DNA of 64,000 nucleotides from Candidatus Bathyarchaeia archaeon (GCA_050014495.1 JBEKDF010000001.1:64001-128000), one strand, 5' to 3'. Counted from the stretch's first letter, positions 1 to 9,792 are shown. Translations and numbers: made by a program. The notes: generated by a model from the letters alone, not told the origin.

Positions 1-219
1 GAGCCTCTTGTGTATTCTCATCTCGTAATGATCCCAAGTCTTGCTGCCGTCTCCGCAGGGGGTCCTCCGTGTGGGGACTACGAGCTTCTTCGTCGGTAGC
101 GGTATGGGTCCCACAAGTTTGACGCCTATCTTTTGGGCGATGTCCCTGATCTCGTCGCATACACCCTCGAGCTTCTGGGTGTCAGTGCTTGTGAGTTTGA
201 TTCGTGCGCGCCGCGCCAT
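1..219 (-). CDS. rpsJ: 30S ribosomal protein uS10 (3' end runs off the window)
   Basis: Hand translation [13 protein letters not shown]...[37 protein letters not shown]; directly downstream of EF-1alpha; not in ORF track. Confidence 0.96.
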   Translation of the reverse strand, partial: MARRARIKLTSTDTQKLEGVCDEIRDIAQKIGVKLVGPIPLPTKKLVVPTRRTPCGDGSKTWDHYEMRIHKRL

Positions 220-284
220 ACCTATTCCCCGTCTTTTCAGATTGCCGAGAACTTAAAGGTATCGAAAAAAGTGGATGAGATGGT

Positions 285-1580
285 TTAGCTCTCGATCTCG
301 AGTACGATGCCAGCGCCGATTGTGGTTCCCATGTCACGTAGAGCGAATCTGCCGAGCTGTGGGAAGTCCTTGAAAGCTTCGATGGCGATGGGCTGGAGAG
401 GTATGAACTTCACGATCGCCGCCTCTCCTGTCCTGAGGTAGGTGGGGTTCTGCTCCACGACCTGGCCTGTCCTGGGGTCGAGCTTGGACTCGATTGCCTC
501 GAACTTGACCGCGATTTGAGCAGTGTGGATGTGAAGCACAGGTGTATAGCCTGGACCGACAGCGGTTGGGTGGTGAATGATGAAGATCCTACCCTTGAAC
601 GCCTTCGCGACCGTACAGGGGGTGTTAATGTGGCTCGCTACCTCGCCACGCTTTAACTTCTCGCGTGCGACACCCTTGACGTTGAATCCGATGTTATCGC
701 CGGGGACGGCCTGCTCTAGGCGAGTATAATGGGTCTCAATGCTGTTTACCTTGCCCTTTTCTCCGCTTGGCATGAAGACGATGTCTTCATTCACCTTGAG
801 TATACCGGTTTCCACCTTCCCGACGGGGGTTGTACCTACACCACGAATGGTGTAGATCTCCTGTACGGGTATTCGGAGGGGCTTATCGGTTGGCTTGGGT
901 GGCATAACGAAGCTATCGAGGGCCTCGATGAGTGTTGGGCCCTTGTACCAGGGCATATTGGTGCTCCTCTTGACGAGATTGTCACCACCCCATCCACTTG
1001 TGGGGACGAATTGGACTTTACTAGCGTCGTAGCCAACCATCTGTAGGAGGCGGGTGATGCCATCTTTTACCTCCTGGTACCGCTGTTCGCTCCAGGCGAC
1101 AGTCGGGTCGTCCATCTTGTTGATTGCGACGACGATCTGGTTGACACCCAGAGTCTTGGCGAGGAAGGCATGCTCACGTGTCTGTCCGCCAGGGTTGGTT
1201 CCTGCCTCGTACTCGCCTTTCTTAGCGGAGATTAGGAGGATCGCACCATCTGCCTGACTTGCACCTGTGACCATGTTCTTGACGAAGTCGCGGTGGCCTG
1301 GGCTATCGATGACGGTGAAGAAGTTCTTCGCCGTCTCTAGCTTGTAGAAGGCGAGGTCGATCGTGATACCACGTTCGCGCTCCTCCTTGAGCCTGTCGAG
1401 GAGCCATGCATACTTGAAGGACTCCTTACCCATGGCCTTAGACTCGGCCTCCATGTCCTTCGCATACTTCTCATCGATTGCGCCGGCGTCATAGAACAGG
1501 TGGCCAATACTCGTGCTCTTACCGTGATCAACGTGTCCGATGATGATCAGGTTAATGTGTGGCTTCTCTTTACCGCTCAT
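285..1580 (-). CDS. tuf: Translation elongation factor EF-1alpha
   Basis: GHVDHGKS, ERERGITID, DSPGHRDF, NKMD, GRFALRDMG motifs. Confidence 0.98.
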   Translation of the reverse strand: MSGKEKPHINLIIIGHVDHGKSTSIGHLFYDAGAIDEKYAKDMEAESKAMGKESFKYAWLLDRLKEERERGITIDLAFYKLETAKNFFTVIDSPGHRDFVKNMVTGASQADGAILLISAKKGEYEAGTNPGGQTREHAFLAKTLGVNQIVVAINKMDDPTVAWSEQRYQEVKDGITRLLQMVGYDASKVQFVPTSGWGGDNLVKRSTNMPWYKGPTLIEALDSFVMPPKPTDKPLRIPVQEIYTIRGVGTTPVGKVETGILKVNEDIVFMPSGEKGKVNSIETHYTRLEQAVPGDNIGFNVKGVAREKLKRGEVASHINTPCTVAKAFKGRIFIIHHPTAVGPGYTPVLHIHTAQIAVKFEAIESKLDPRTGQVVEQNPTYLRTGEAAIVKFIPLQPIAIEAFKDFPQLGRFALRDMGTTIGAGIVLEIES

Positions 1581-1760
1581 TTCTCAAATCTCCTACTCAA
1601 TCCGAACTGGATGGTGGATAAAAAGGTTAGGTTCACATCTATAAACCATACTGATCCTTGGGAGTTGGCTGATTGCAGCCGTTTTTACTAAACTAATGAG
1701 AAATTTAGAGAATGCGTAAAGTTTAAACATGTCAGCCTACACCGGAAGGTGGAGAATCGT

Positions 1761-2189
1761 TTGACTAACGGTATGTTCTGTGCCCGCAGGCTAAAAAATA
1801 ACAGGAGGGCTATGCGGTACAAGAGCAAGGACTACGTCCTCCGCAGGAAGCGCAGAACGGAGAATAAGGATCTCCTCCAGGGCGCTCCCATGGGTAGGGG
1901 CATCGTACTCCAGAAGGTAGGCGTTGAGTCCAAGCAGCCTAATTCCGCCATTCGCAAATGTGTTCGTATCCAGATCATTAAGAATGGCCGACTTGCAACG
2001 GCTTTCCTCCCCGGCGACGGCGCCCTCAACTTCGTTGATGAACACGATGAGGTCACCATCGAGGGTATCCACGGTCCCCGCAGCCGTAGCATGGGCGACA
2101 TCCCCGGCGTCCGCTTCAAGGTGAACGCCGTTAACGGCGTCCCACTCAACCTCCTGGTCATCGGCAAGGTCCAGAAGCCAGCTAGGTAA
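1761..2189 (+). CDS. rps12: 30S ribosomal protein uS12 (start TTG 1761, or GTG 1749)
   Basis: [12 protein letters not shown] and [10 protein letters not shown] motifs, archaeal type. Confidence 0.96.
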   Translation: MTNGMFCARRLKNNRRAMRYKSKDYVLRRKRRTENKDLLQGAPMGRGIVLQKVGVESKQPNSAIRKCVRIQIIKNGRLATAFLPGDGALNFVDEHDEVTIEGIHGPRSRSMGDIPGVRFKVNAVNGVPLNLLVIGKVQKPAR

Positions 2190-2219
2190 AAAATTCTTAA
2201 CTGAAAAAGTTCTACTGGT

Positions 2220-3413
2220 TTAATTTTCCAGTTTCTTTACAGAGGGTTTAGTTTCCCCCGCCATAATGCTAGGTATTAAGGCTATTACAAGAATAATGGA
2301 GGACAGATAGAATGTCCATGAAGCCCCTCGAGTCTCCTGCACCCAAATCATGATGATAGGGCCGAATATCGACCCGAGGTCGAAGAAGGTGCGATAGGTC
2401 CCGATGGCAGCACCCCTACTCTCCACACCAACAGCTTCAGCAGAGAAAACTGGTCCGACTATCCAGACCGCACCTGTCGTGATACCAAGGAGGAAGAATA
2501 CCACCAAGCTCGGGAGTAGCCCAGATACAAATACGAGGGGAACCATCATGAGGGCAGTAGAGGCGATCCCAAACATCAACACGGGCTTCCTCCCGATCCT
2601 GTCGGAGATCATCCCCATCATGAATATTGCGAGGACATATCCGATGGAATTAGCACCCATAATAAGGCCTATGTCAGTGAAGCTCATCTTCAGCACCCCA
2701 TTGGCATAAAGCGGATACGTTGTGGAGATTACACCCGAACTCACTACGAATGAAACGAACGTGGCAAGGCAGACGACAATTAATGTCTTGTTCCTGAACA
2801 TCAGAGGGAAATCAGAGAGCTTCATTGGTCTAGATTTAGGGGTGTTAATTGTGTCCCTCTTAACCCTAGGAATCAGTATAAGGGCCACGGCAATAACGCA
2901 GAGTATCGCCGAGAGAATGAAGCCCCCGAAGAAACCCAGCTCAGTTATTAGGAAGCCACTAGCTGTAGCACCGAGTATGCTTCCACCGAACTCGATTCCC
3001 TGGAATACTCCCATCGCGCTACCCCGACCCTCGATGGGAAACATGTTCAGGATGAGAGTCATCGACACAGCGAAAAAGAGGGGTGAGCCGAATCCCTGTA
3101 GCCCCCTCGCGATTATGAGCTGAAGTGGATCGGTTGCGAAGGCGATGTAGAATGTACCCACCGTCGTGAGTATGAGGCCGAGGAACATCGGCCAGAAGTA
3201 GCCCCACCGTGAGGACAAGAAGCCGCTCGGTATTTCGAGTAAAACCTTTGCAATCCCGTATGCAGCAATGCTTAGTCCAATCATCATACCAGTCGCTCCT
3301 ATTGACTTTGCGAATATCGAGAGTAGAGGGCCGATTAGGCTCGTGGATAACATGGCGAGGAGAGCTACGGCGCAGAGTATCAGGTAGGAGGTGCTGTAGC
3401 TTTTTTTCGACAT
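2220..3413 (-). CDS. MFS transporter
   Basis: About 12 hydrophobic segments, motif-A-like SDRIGRK, RGxAMG repeats. Confidence 0.9.
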   Translation of the reverse strand: MSKKSYSTSYLILCAVALLAMLSTSLIGPLLSIFAKSIGATGMMIGLSIAAYGIAKVLLEIPSGFLSSRWGYFWPMFLGLILTTVGTFYIAFATDPLQLIIARGLQGFGSPLFFAVSMTLILNMFPIEGRGSAMGVFQGIEFGGSILGATASGFLITELGFFGGFILSAILCVIAVALILIPRVKRDTINTPKSRPMKLSDFPLMFRNKTLIVVCLATFVSFVVSSGVISTTYPLYANGVLKMSFTDIGLIMGANSIGYVLAIFMMGMISDRIGRKPVLMFGIASTALMMVPLVFVSGLLPSLVVFFLLGITTGAVWIVGPVFSAEAVGVESRGAAIGTYRTFFDLGSIFGPIIMIWVQETRGASWTFYLSSIILVIALIPSIMAGETKPSVKKLEN

Positions 3414-3517
3414 TATACACCTATCGCATTTCGTAGCGTAATAAGTCTGGTGATCTTCGGTAGCCTTTTATTCACGTTCCCACTCTTCCCCTCTGCAATC
3501 CGAGGCGAATCGGCCAA

Positions 3518-4129
3518 GTGAGCGACGAACAAGAAGTAACAATCGAGGCCACTACAGCGGGAACAGGCGGCATAAAGCTGTTTGGCGAGTGGAGCTTCGA
3601 GAACATTGAGGTCCGGGATCCCGGTCTCAAGAGGTATCTAAAGATCTCTCCGGTCTTCATGCCCCACTCAGGTGGTCGCCACGAGGCCAGGAAGTTCCAG
3701 AAGAGCGAAATGAGTATTGTTGAACGCCTTACAAACGACCTACTTAAGCCTGGAAGCAGTGGCGGTGATAAACCTCGGGTAATGAATGCGGTAAGGACGG
3801 CGTTCAAGATCATTTACATCAAGAGTGGGAGGAATCCCATCGAGGTACTCGTCCGCGCAGTCGAGAACTGCTCGCCTAACGAGGACACGACCCGCATCGG
3901 CTACGGTGGAGTAGTCTATAGGCTAGCCGTAGACATCTCGCCACAACGCAGGATCGATCTTGCCCTTAGGTTCATTGCGAAGGGTATCAAGGAGCAGACC
4001 TTCGGTAACAGGAAGACCTTCGAGGAGATTATCGCAGACCAACTCGTCGGTGCTGCCCAGAACGACGGAAACAATTTTGGTGTCCGCCGGAAGCGTGAAA
4101 TGGAGCGAGTGGCGCTCGCCTCAAGGTAA
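3518..4129 (+). CDS. rps7: 30S ribosomal protein uS7
   Basis: PHSGGRH, NPIEVLVRAVEN, AVDISPQRRIDLALR, ERVALASR. Confidence 0.97.
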   Translation: MSDEQEVTIEATTAGTGGIKLFGEWSFENIEVRDPGLKRYLKISPVFMPHSGGRHEARKFQKSEMSIVERLTNDLLKPGSSGGDKPRVMNAVRTAFKIIYIKSGRNPIEVLVRAVENCSPNEDTTRIGYGGVVYRLAVDISPQRRIDLALRFIAKGIKEQTFGNRKTFEEIIADQLVGAAQNDGNNFGVRRKREMERVALASR

Positions 4130-4150
4130 GCCTAGTTATTAATTTCTTTT

Positions 4151-4993
4151 TTAAATCGCTCCTGCCGTGAAGGCTAGGAGTCCGAAGAGCATCCAATAGA
4201 GGATCTGATTCTTCACCTTTCTGCTCGATTCTCGACTGTGGTCACGCAGTAGTGTGATGGTGCCGTAGACAAGGCCCAAATCTGTAACAATCACGAATGG
4301 AATATACCAAGGTGAGACGAGGTTGAGCAGCAAAGGTATGATCGACGCCACTACTGCGATAATGTACAATACGGAGACGAGGTGAGCCGCGGCATCAACT
4401 CCATACGCGACGGCGATTGTCTTTACACCTCGGGAAGAATCACCCTCCGTGTCAACGATGCCCTTCGTAACCTCCCTCCCTGTATTGGTTAGAAAGGCTA
4501 AGGCACTGAATAACAGAGAGGTGGATACGTTACCTGCTAAGACGCCACCGTAGACGAAGGGGAGGCCTATACAGGTACTCACCATGAGGTTTCCAAGAAA
4601 CCCAGTCCTCTTTCCCCAGGCAGAATAGATCATCATCAACAGTAAAGAGAAGACAGCGATGGCGAGGCTTGGGAGACTTGTGAGGTAGGCAGCAGCTAAC
4701 CCGACAGCATTCAGTATTAGAGAGTAGATGACCGCTTCTTTGGGCTTCACTTCACCACTGGGGATAGGACGACTGGGCTCGTTAACCGCATCAATTTCTC
4801 TGTCGAAATAGTCGTTGATGACCATTGCGCTCCCTGTGAGGGTGAATCCAGTGACAAATGCTAGGGTAAGGTACTCGAGGGAAATGTTTGATCGGAGCCC
4901 GCCAGCAATCACAACACCGACTAGTATGCCGACCCCCATCATAACGGAGTTGATAGGTCTAATGATATTGAGGAAGCCACCCGCTCTGCCCAT
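4151..4993 (-). CDS. UbiA-family prenyltransferase, probable digeranylgeranylglyceryl phosphate synthase
   Basis: IRPIN, NDYFDREIDAVNEPSRPIPSG, REVTKGIVDTEGD; multi-TM; start at ATG 4993 chosen over the longer ORF. Confidence 0.88.
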   Translation of the reverse strand: MGRAGGFLNIIRPINSVMMGVGILVGVVIAGGLRSNISLEYLTLAFVTGFTLTGSAMVINDYFDREIDAVNEPSRPIPSGEVKPKEAVIYSLILNAVGLAAAYLTSLPSLAIAVFSLLLMMIYSAWGKRTGFLGNLMVSTCIGLPFVYGGVLAGNVSTSLLFSALAFLTNTGREVTKGIVDTEGDSSRGVKTIAVAYGVDAAAHLVSVLYIIAVVASIIPLLLNLVSPWYIPFVIVTDLGLVYGTITLLRDHSRESSRKVKNQILYWMLFGLLAFTAGAI

Positions 4994-5060
4994 TGCATAG
5001 GCAGATACCTGCTGCGTTATTAAAATCCCCATTGTAGGCGTAGAAGGCAAATTATTTGAG

Positions 5061-5249
5061 CTAGTTTAGGTCGTCTTGCTCCCACTCATCCTCGCTATAC
5101 TCTTCCTCTATCTCATCATCGTTCCAGCCGAGGCAGTCGTAACAAAGGCACTTCTGAGCGTCTCCACACTCAGTGCAATACTTCGCACCGCACTCCTTAC
5201 AGTCGTGGAGTTCCTGTACGTCCATACCGCAGATCTCGCAGAGTGGCAT
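5061..5249 (-). CDS. Small Cys-rich zinc-finger protein with acidic tail
   Basis: Four CxxC pairs (CEIC, CKEC, CTEC, CYDC) followed by a D/E-rich C-terminus. Confidence 0.75.
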   Translation of the reverse strand: MPLCEICGMDVQELHDCKECGAKYCTECGDAQKCLCYDCLGWNDDEIEEEYSEDEWEQDDLN

Positions 5250-5298
5250 ATGCGATCCCATTTGGAGCCGGAGGTGCGGAAGCTATAAACCTATTGAG

Positions 5299-6251
5299 CT
5301 ACCCGGAGGCGACACGGCGAAGAAACTCCATTTCTATGTTACCACCACTGATGATTACCCCAACACGTCTACTCTCGAATCGGTTTGGGTTCTCCATGAG
5401 GGCAGCGACTCCGACGGCGCCTGAGCCTTCGATAACCTCATGGTGGCGAAGGAGCATAAGGCTGAGGGCGTTGACGATTGTCTTCTCCTCGACATCTATC
5501 CAATCATCCACAAAACTTTGGCATATAGGGAAGGTGACGCTCCCTTGCTCGATGCCGCCATGGAGCCCCTCAGCAACGGTGTCAAACATGGGTATGTCGA
5601 TGATCCTCCCCGCCTTGATGCTTTCGTGCATTACAGGACTCGCCTTTGTCTGAATGCCGATGACCTCGGTGCTTGATGCGGCTTTCATCACTGTGGCAAT
5701 GCCCGAGATCAGCCCTCCCCCACTCACTGGCACAAGGACGGCGTCGAGTACCGGGCCATCCTCCACCATCTCTAGCCCAACCGTGCCTTGGCCAGCGATG
5801 AGGTCGGAGTCGTTGTATGGACTGAGGAAAATCATACCATTATCTCGGCTCATGGACTGGGCGAGGCGCTCAGCCTCAATATACTCTTCTCCATGGATGG
5901 TGAGGTCCGCATCGAGGGCCCTTATGGCGTCTCTCTTCACTTTTGGAGTGTTTTCTGGCACTACTATGGCTGTCTTTACGTCAAGCTGTCTCGCTGCGTA
6001 AGCGACCCCCTGCGCATGGTTCCCCGAGGAGGCCGCTACTACCCCTCTCCGCCTCTCATCAGATGTGAGGAGGGCGATCTTGTTTGAAGCACCCCGTATC
6101 TTGAATGAGCCGGTGAGCTGCCTATTCTCCAGTTTGAGCCAAACCTCCCCCCTGTTAGCTCGCTGAGGAATGGGGAATACTCGAAAGGAGTCCTCCTGAT
6201 CCAAGGGCCCATCCGCTTTTGGGCGGCGTAGACATCGCCGAGAGTTACCAT
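5299..6251 (-). pseudogene. ilvA: Threonine/serine dehydratase (fold-II PLP enzyme, no ACT domain), split by a single-base frameshift
   Basis: N-terminus MVTLGDVYAAQKRM..RRTP..SPFLSELTGG is in one frame; EVWLKLENRQLTGSFKIRGA, SSGNHAQG and ISGGN are in another; the switch is at the G6 run 6147-6152. Confidence 0.8.
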
Positions 6252-6689
6252 AGTTGTAAAAACGTAATTGGATATTTCAAATCTGGGCTCAAAGCAGCTA
6301 CCGAGTATACATAGACTGCGGTAGAACGAGGGGATTAAACAACCTCGTTGAGGGCTACTCCCGGAGTATAGCCCATAGGAGGAGCCAGTAGATTTACATT
6401 TTTCTTGGCCTTGGCTGGCATGGAAGTAATGTAGGAGTAATATTATCGATCATTTAACTGAAGTTTCTGGTTTCTCAAAATCTCGGAGAGGGGTGCAGAC
6501 TCCATCACCTCCTTTCATTGACTCGAAGGATGTGGCTTACAAGGCTGGATCTCTGCTAGATAGCGCGCGAGAGTTTCAGCCAAGGCATGACTAATAGATG
6601 TAATTTTTATGCCAATATTAGGCAAAAGATGTGATGCGGTAAAGCTCTTAACCCTAGTGGCTCATCGGTCTATCAACCGGTGATTTTGT

Positions 6690-7631
6690 TTGAGGCGTAT
6701 CATCCTCGACACGGATCCAGGCGTCGACGACGCGCTGGCCTTCCTCCTCGCCTTCTCGAGCCCAGAGATTAATGTTGAAGCTGTAACAACGGTCGATGGT
6801 AACGTTGACGTTGATAAGGGGACTCGAAACGCTAGGCAGCTTCTGGAGTTTCTTGGTAGAGGCGATGTCCCAGTGGGGCGTGGCGCATCGCACCCTATGC
6901 TGAGACCCATGGGGAACGCGGAGAGCTTCCATGGCAAGACGGGACTTATGGACGCGGTACTCCCCGAGCCAAAGATGAGGGTGGATAAACGTGGCGCTGC
7001 CCAGCTCATCATTGATGAGGCAAACAGTCTCGGCAAGGAACTCACCCTCGTCGCCATAGGTCCTCTCACCAACATCGCAGCAGCGATTCTCGCAGACCCT
7101 ACAATACCCATGAAGGTGGGTGGTCTCGTCATCATGGGTGGTGCCTTCGGTCTCACCCCTTACGGCTCAGGGAATGCGAACGCTGTCGCCGAGTTCAATA
7201 TTTGGCATGACCCTGACGCGGCTAAGTTAGTCTTCGACAGCGGAATCCCGGTCGCTTGCATCGGACTCGATACCACCACGCACCCCGACTATAGGATGAA
7301 TAAAGTCATGTATAGCGAGATGATCGCAAGGAAGACAAAGCGTTCCAAGCTTATCGAGGGTCTCTGTGGTGCACTCGTGGAGAGGTTTAATGGCTTCAGC
7401 CTACACGACCCTATGGCGATGGCTTACGTCGCGAACCAGACCATGTTTAAGACGGAGAAATATAGGGTTGAGGTCGAAACCACTGGCACTCATACCATAG
7501 GTATGACCGTCGTCGACCGACGTAAGTTCCATCGCGAGGAGAATCAGGGGGCAAGGCACGAGATAATCGTTGAGGTGGATGCACCTCGATTCCTAGAGAT
7601 GATCTCGGAGAGGGTTGGCAAGGGGGGCTAG
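6690..7631 (+). CDS. Inosine/uridine-preferring nucleoside hydrolase family protein
   Basis: DTDPGVDDA, GPLTN, MGG, AEFNIWHDPDAA, LHDP motifs. Confidence 0.94.
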   Translation: MRRIILDTDPGVDDALAFLLAFSSPEINVEAVTTVDGNVDVDKGTRNARQLLEFLGRGDVPVGRGASHPMLRPMGNAESFHGKTGLMDAVLPEPKMRVDKRGAAQLIIDEANSLGKELTLVAIGPLTNIAAAILADPTIPMKVGGLVIMGGAFGLTPYGSGNANAVAEFNIWHDPDAAKLVFDSGIPVACIGLDTTTHPDYRMNKVMYSEMIARKTKRSKLIEGLCGALVERFNGFSLHDPMAMAYVANQTMFKTEKYRVEVETTGTHTIGMTVVDRRKFHREENQGARHEIIVEVDAPRFLEMISERVGKGG

Positions 7632-7632
7632 G

Positions 7633-8586
7633 GTGGCCAACCTCATTACCTGCGGCGCTATAAACTGGGACATAAATCTCTTCATGGAGAGACTCCCACG
7701 GGCGGGGGAGGAGGTTCCCGTTAAGGAGATACAGCGTGTTAGTGGCGGCACCGCTGCGAACGTCGCCGTGGCTGCTGCCCGACTCCTCGGAAAAAAGAGG
7801 GTCGCCTTCATAGGCGCTTTGGGTAAGGATGAGATAGCTGACAAACAGAGGAGTATCCTCTGGGAAGAGGGAGTCGACGATTCGGGGCTCCTATTCGTTC
7901 AGGGGGAAGAGTCAGGACAGGCCTATATTAGTATAGGTGGCGATGGTGAGAATGAGATTCACACATATTTTGGGGCCAACCTGAAATTAGATGGTGTATG
8001 CCTTCATGACTCAGAACGGCTCAGGCTAATCAAGGGAGCGAGAGTTTGCGTCATTATGGACCCACCCCTAGAAACTGCGCGGTGTCTAGCAGAAATATGC
8101 CGGGAGCAAGGCGTCACGGTTATATGGGATCCGGGGGTCTACGCCGAGCTTGGCCTCGACGCTCTAACACCCACCTTAGTCAACACAGACTACTTCATTC
8201 TTAACCATCTTGAATATGAGAATCTACTCGGCACGAGTTCGGCTCACGAGATCGCAAGAATGATGCATGAAAAGTTCAGGGGACTTAAATGCATAATCAA
8301 ACATGGCTCGGAGGGATGCACTCTTACACAGGATAGCGTCGGAGCCATGATCCACGTCGACGCGGTGCCACTTGAGAAATTGGGGATGACTGTGGTAAAT
8401 AGGGTGGGATGCGGCGACGCCTTCATCGGGGGTTTTGCCTCGGCGAAGGTCGAGGGACTGGAGGATACGGAGGCGCTCCGCTGGGGGAACGCAGCAGGTA
8501 GCTTTAAGGCGACACGTAAGGAGACACGGGGGGGTCCTTCGAAGGCGCAATTAGAAGACCTAATCGAGAAGTGGAGGCAAATTTGA
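7633..8586 (+). CDS. PfkB-family carbohydrate kinase (ribokinase-like)
   Basis: GGTAANVA, N-x-x-E, VGCGDAF anion-hole motif. Confidence 0.9.
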   Translation: MANLITCGAINWDINLFMERLPRAGEEVPVKEIQRVSGGTAANVAVAAARLLGKKRVAFIGALGKDEIADKQRSILWEEGVDDSGLLFVQGEESGQAYISIGGDGENEIHTYFGANLKLDGVCLHDSERLRLIKGARVCVIMDPPLETARCLAEICREQGVTVIWDPGVYAELGLDALTPTLVNTDYFILNHLEYENLLGTSSAHEIARMMHEKFRGLKCIIKHGSEGCTLTQDSVGAMIHVDAVPLEKLGMTVVNRVGCGDAFIGGFASAKVEGLEDTEALRWGNAAGSFKATRKETRGGPSKAQLEDLIEKWRQI

Positions 8587-8587
8587 A

Positions 8588-9058
8588 GTGTATAACAACC
8601 TGCACGGATCAAAACGCGTCTCCGCTTACCTGAACGAGAAGGGGATTCAAAACAGAGTTGTGACCCTCGACGAATCGACGAGAACTAGCCAACTCGCTGC
8701 TGATGCACTTGGATGTACTTTGGCGGAGATAGCGAAGAGCATAGTATTCAAGGGCGGTGAGCAAGCTGTAGTCGTAGTAATCAGTGGTGATAAGCGCGTA
8801 GATGCGAAAAAGGTCTCCGAACTTATAGGCTTCAATGTTGCAAGCGCTGATGCTGACACTGTAAAGGCGATCACTGGCTATGCCATAGGTGGAGTCCCAC
8901 CCTTCCCACATGACGCGAGGGTGAAGGTTCTTCTCGATAGGAGCCTCACTCGGTTCGAGAAGGTCTGGGCCGCAGCGGGCACGCCGAACTCTGTTATAAA
9001 CCTAAATGTCGAGCAGCTAATGGATATCGTTGGCAAATTTGTAGACGTTGCCGCATAG
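8588..9058 (+). CDS. YbaK/EbsC-family aminoacyl-tRNA trans-editing protein
   Basis: IAKSIV lysine, TGYAIGGVPPF (GxxxP), AAAG motifs. Confidence 0.9.
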   Translation: MYNNLHGSKRVSAYLNEKGIQNRVVTLDESTRTSQLAADALGCTLAEIAKSIVFKGGEQAVVVVISGDKRVDAKKVSELIGFNVASADADTVKAITGYAIGGVPPFPHDARVKVLLDRSLTRFEKVWAAAGTPNSVINLNVEQLMDIVGKFVDVAA

Positions 9059-9096
9059 TCACACCTATCTTATACACATTTGAGCATTATAGATTC

Positions 9097-9792
9097 ATGT
9101 ACAAAAGGATAGGTATCCTCGGCGGGCTCACTCCAGAGTCGACGGTCCCCTACTACATGCACATCGTCCACAGGTACGAGGAGATTTTTCATAACCACTC
9201 CTATCCAGAGGTCATCATCTTCAGTGTCAGTTTCCAGAAGTTCGACGACTGGATGGAGGTGGAAGACTGGGACAGTATGGAGCTTGAGTTGGCGAAGGGA
9301 TTACAAGCTCTTCATGATGCTGGAGCAGATTTTGCAGTCATCGCTACGAACACGATGCACAACCTATACGAGAAGCTCAACAGAAGAAAAATAATTCCAC
9401 TCCTTAGCCTTGTAGACGCCACAGGAGCCGAAGTGAAAAAGGCGGGGTTAGAGAGGGTTGGCCTAATCGGGACAAGGTTCGCTATGAATAAGCCCTATTA
9501 CCGAGAAGGGCTCGCGAAGTATGGCGTCAAGGTAGTGGTCCCTGATGTGGAGGACCAAGCGTACATAGGCAAGGTGATCTTCGAGGAGCTAAGCTATGGA
9601 ATTCTTAGGGAGGAGAGCCGCAAAGGCTACCTGGAGATCATGGATCGGCTCAAAGCGAAGGGGGCACAGGGGATAATTCTCGGCTGCACGGAGATACCTT
9701 TGCTCATCAAGCAAGAGAATACGAAGATACCTGTCTTTGACACAACGACTATACACGCCGAGGCAACACTTCAGTACGCCTTGAATGGCTAG
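9097..9792 (+). CDS. Aspartate/glutamate racemase family protein (Thr/Cys, YgeA-like)
   Basis: IGILGG, ATNTMH, LGCTEI motifs. Confidence 0.9.
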   Translation: MYKRIGILGGLTPESTVPYYMHIVHRYEEIFHNHSYPEVIIFSVSFQKFDDWMEVEDWDSMELELAKGLQALHDAGADFAVIATNTMHNLYEKLNRRKIIPLLSLVDATGAEVKKAGLERVGLIGTRFAMNKPYYREGLAKYGVKVVVPDVEDQAYIGKVIFEELSYGILREESRKGYLEIMDRLKAKGAQGIILGCTEIPLLIKQENTKIPVFDTTTIHAEATLQYALNG

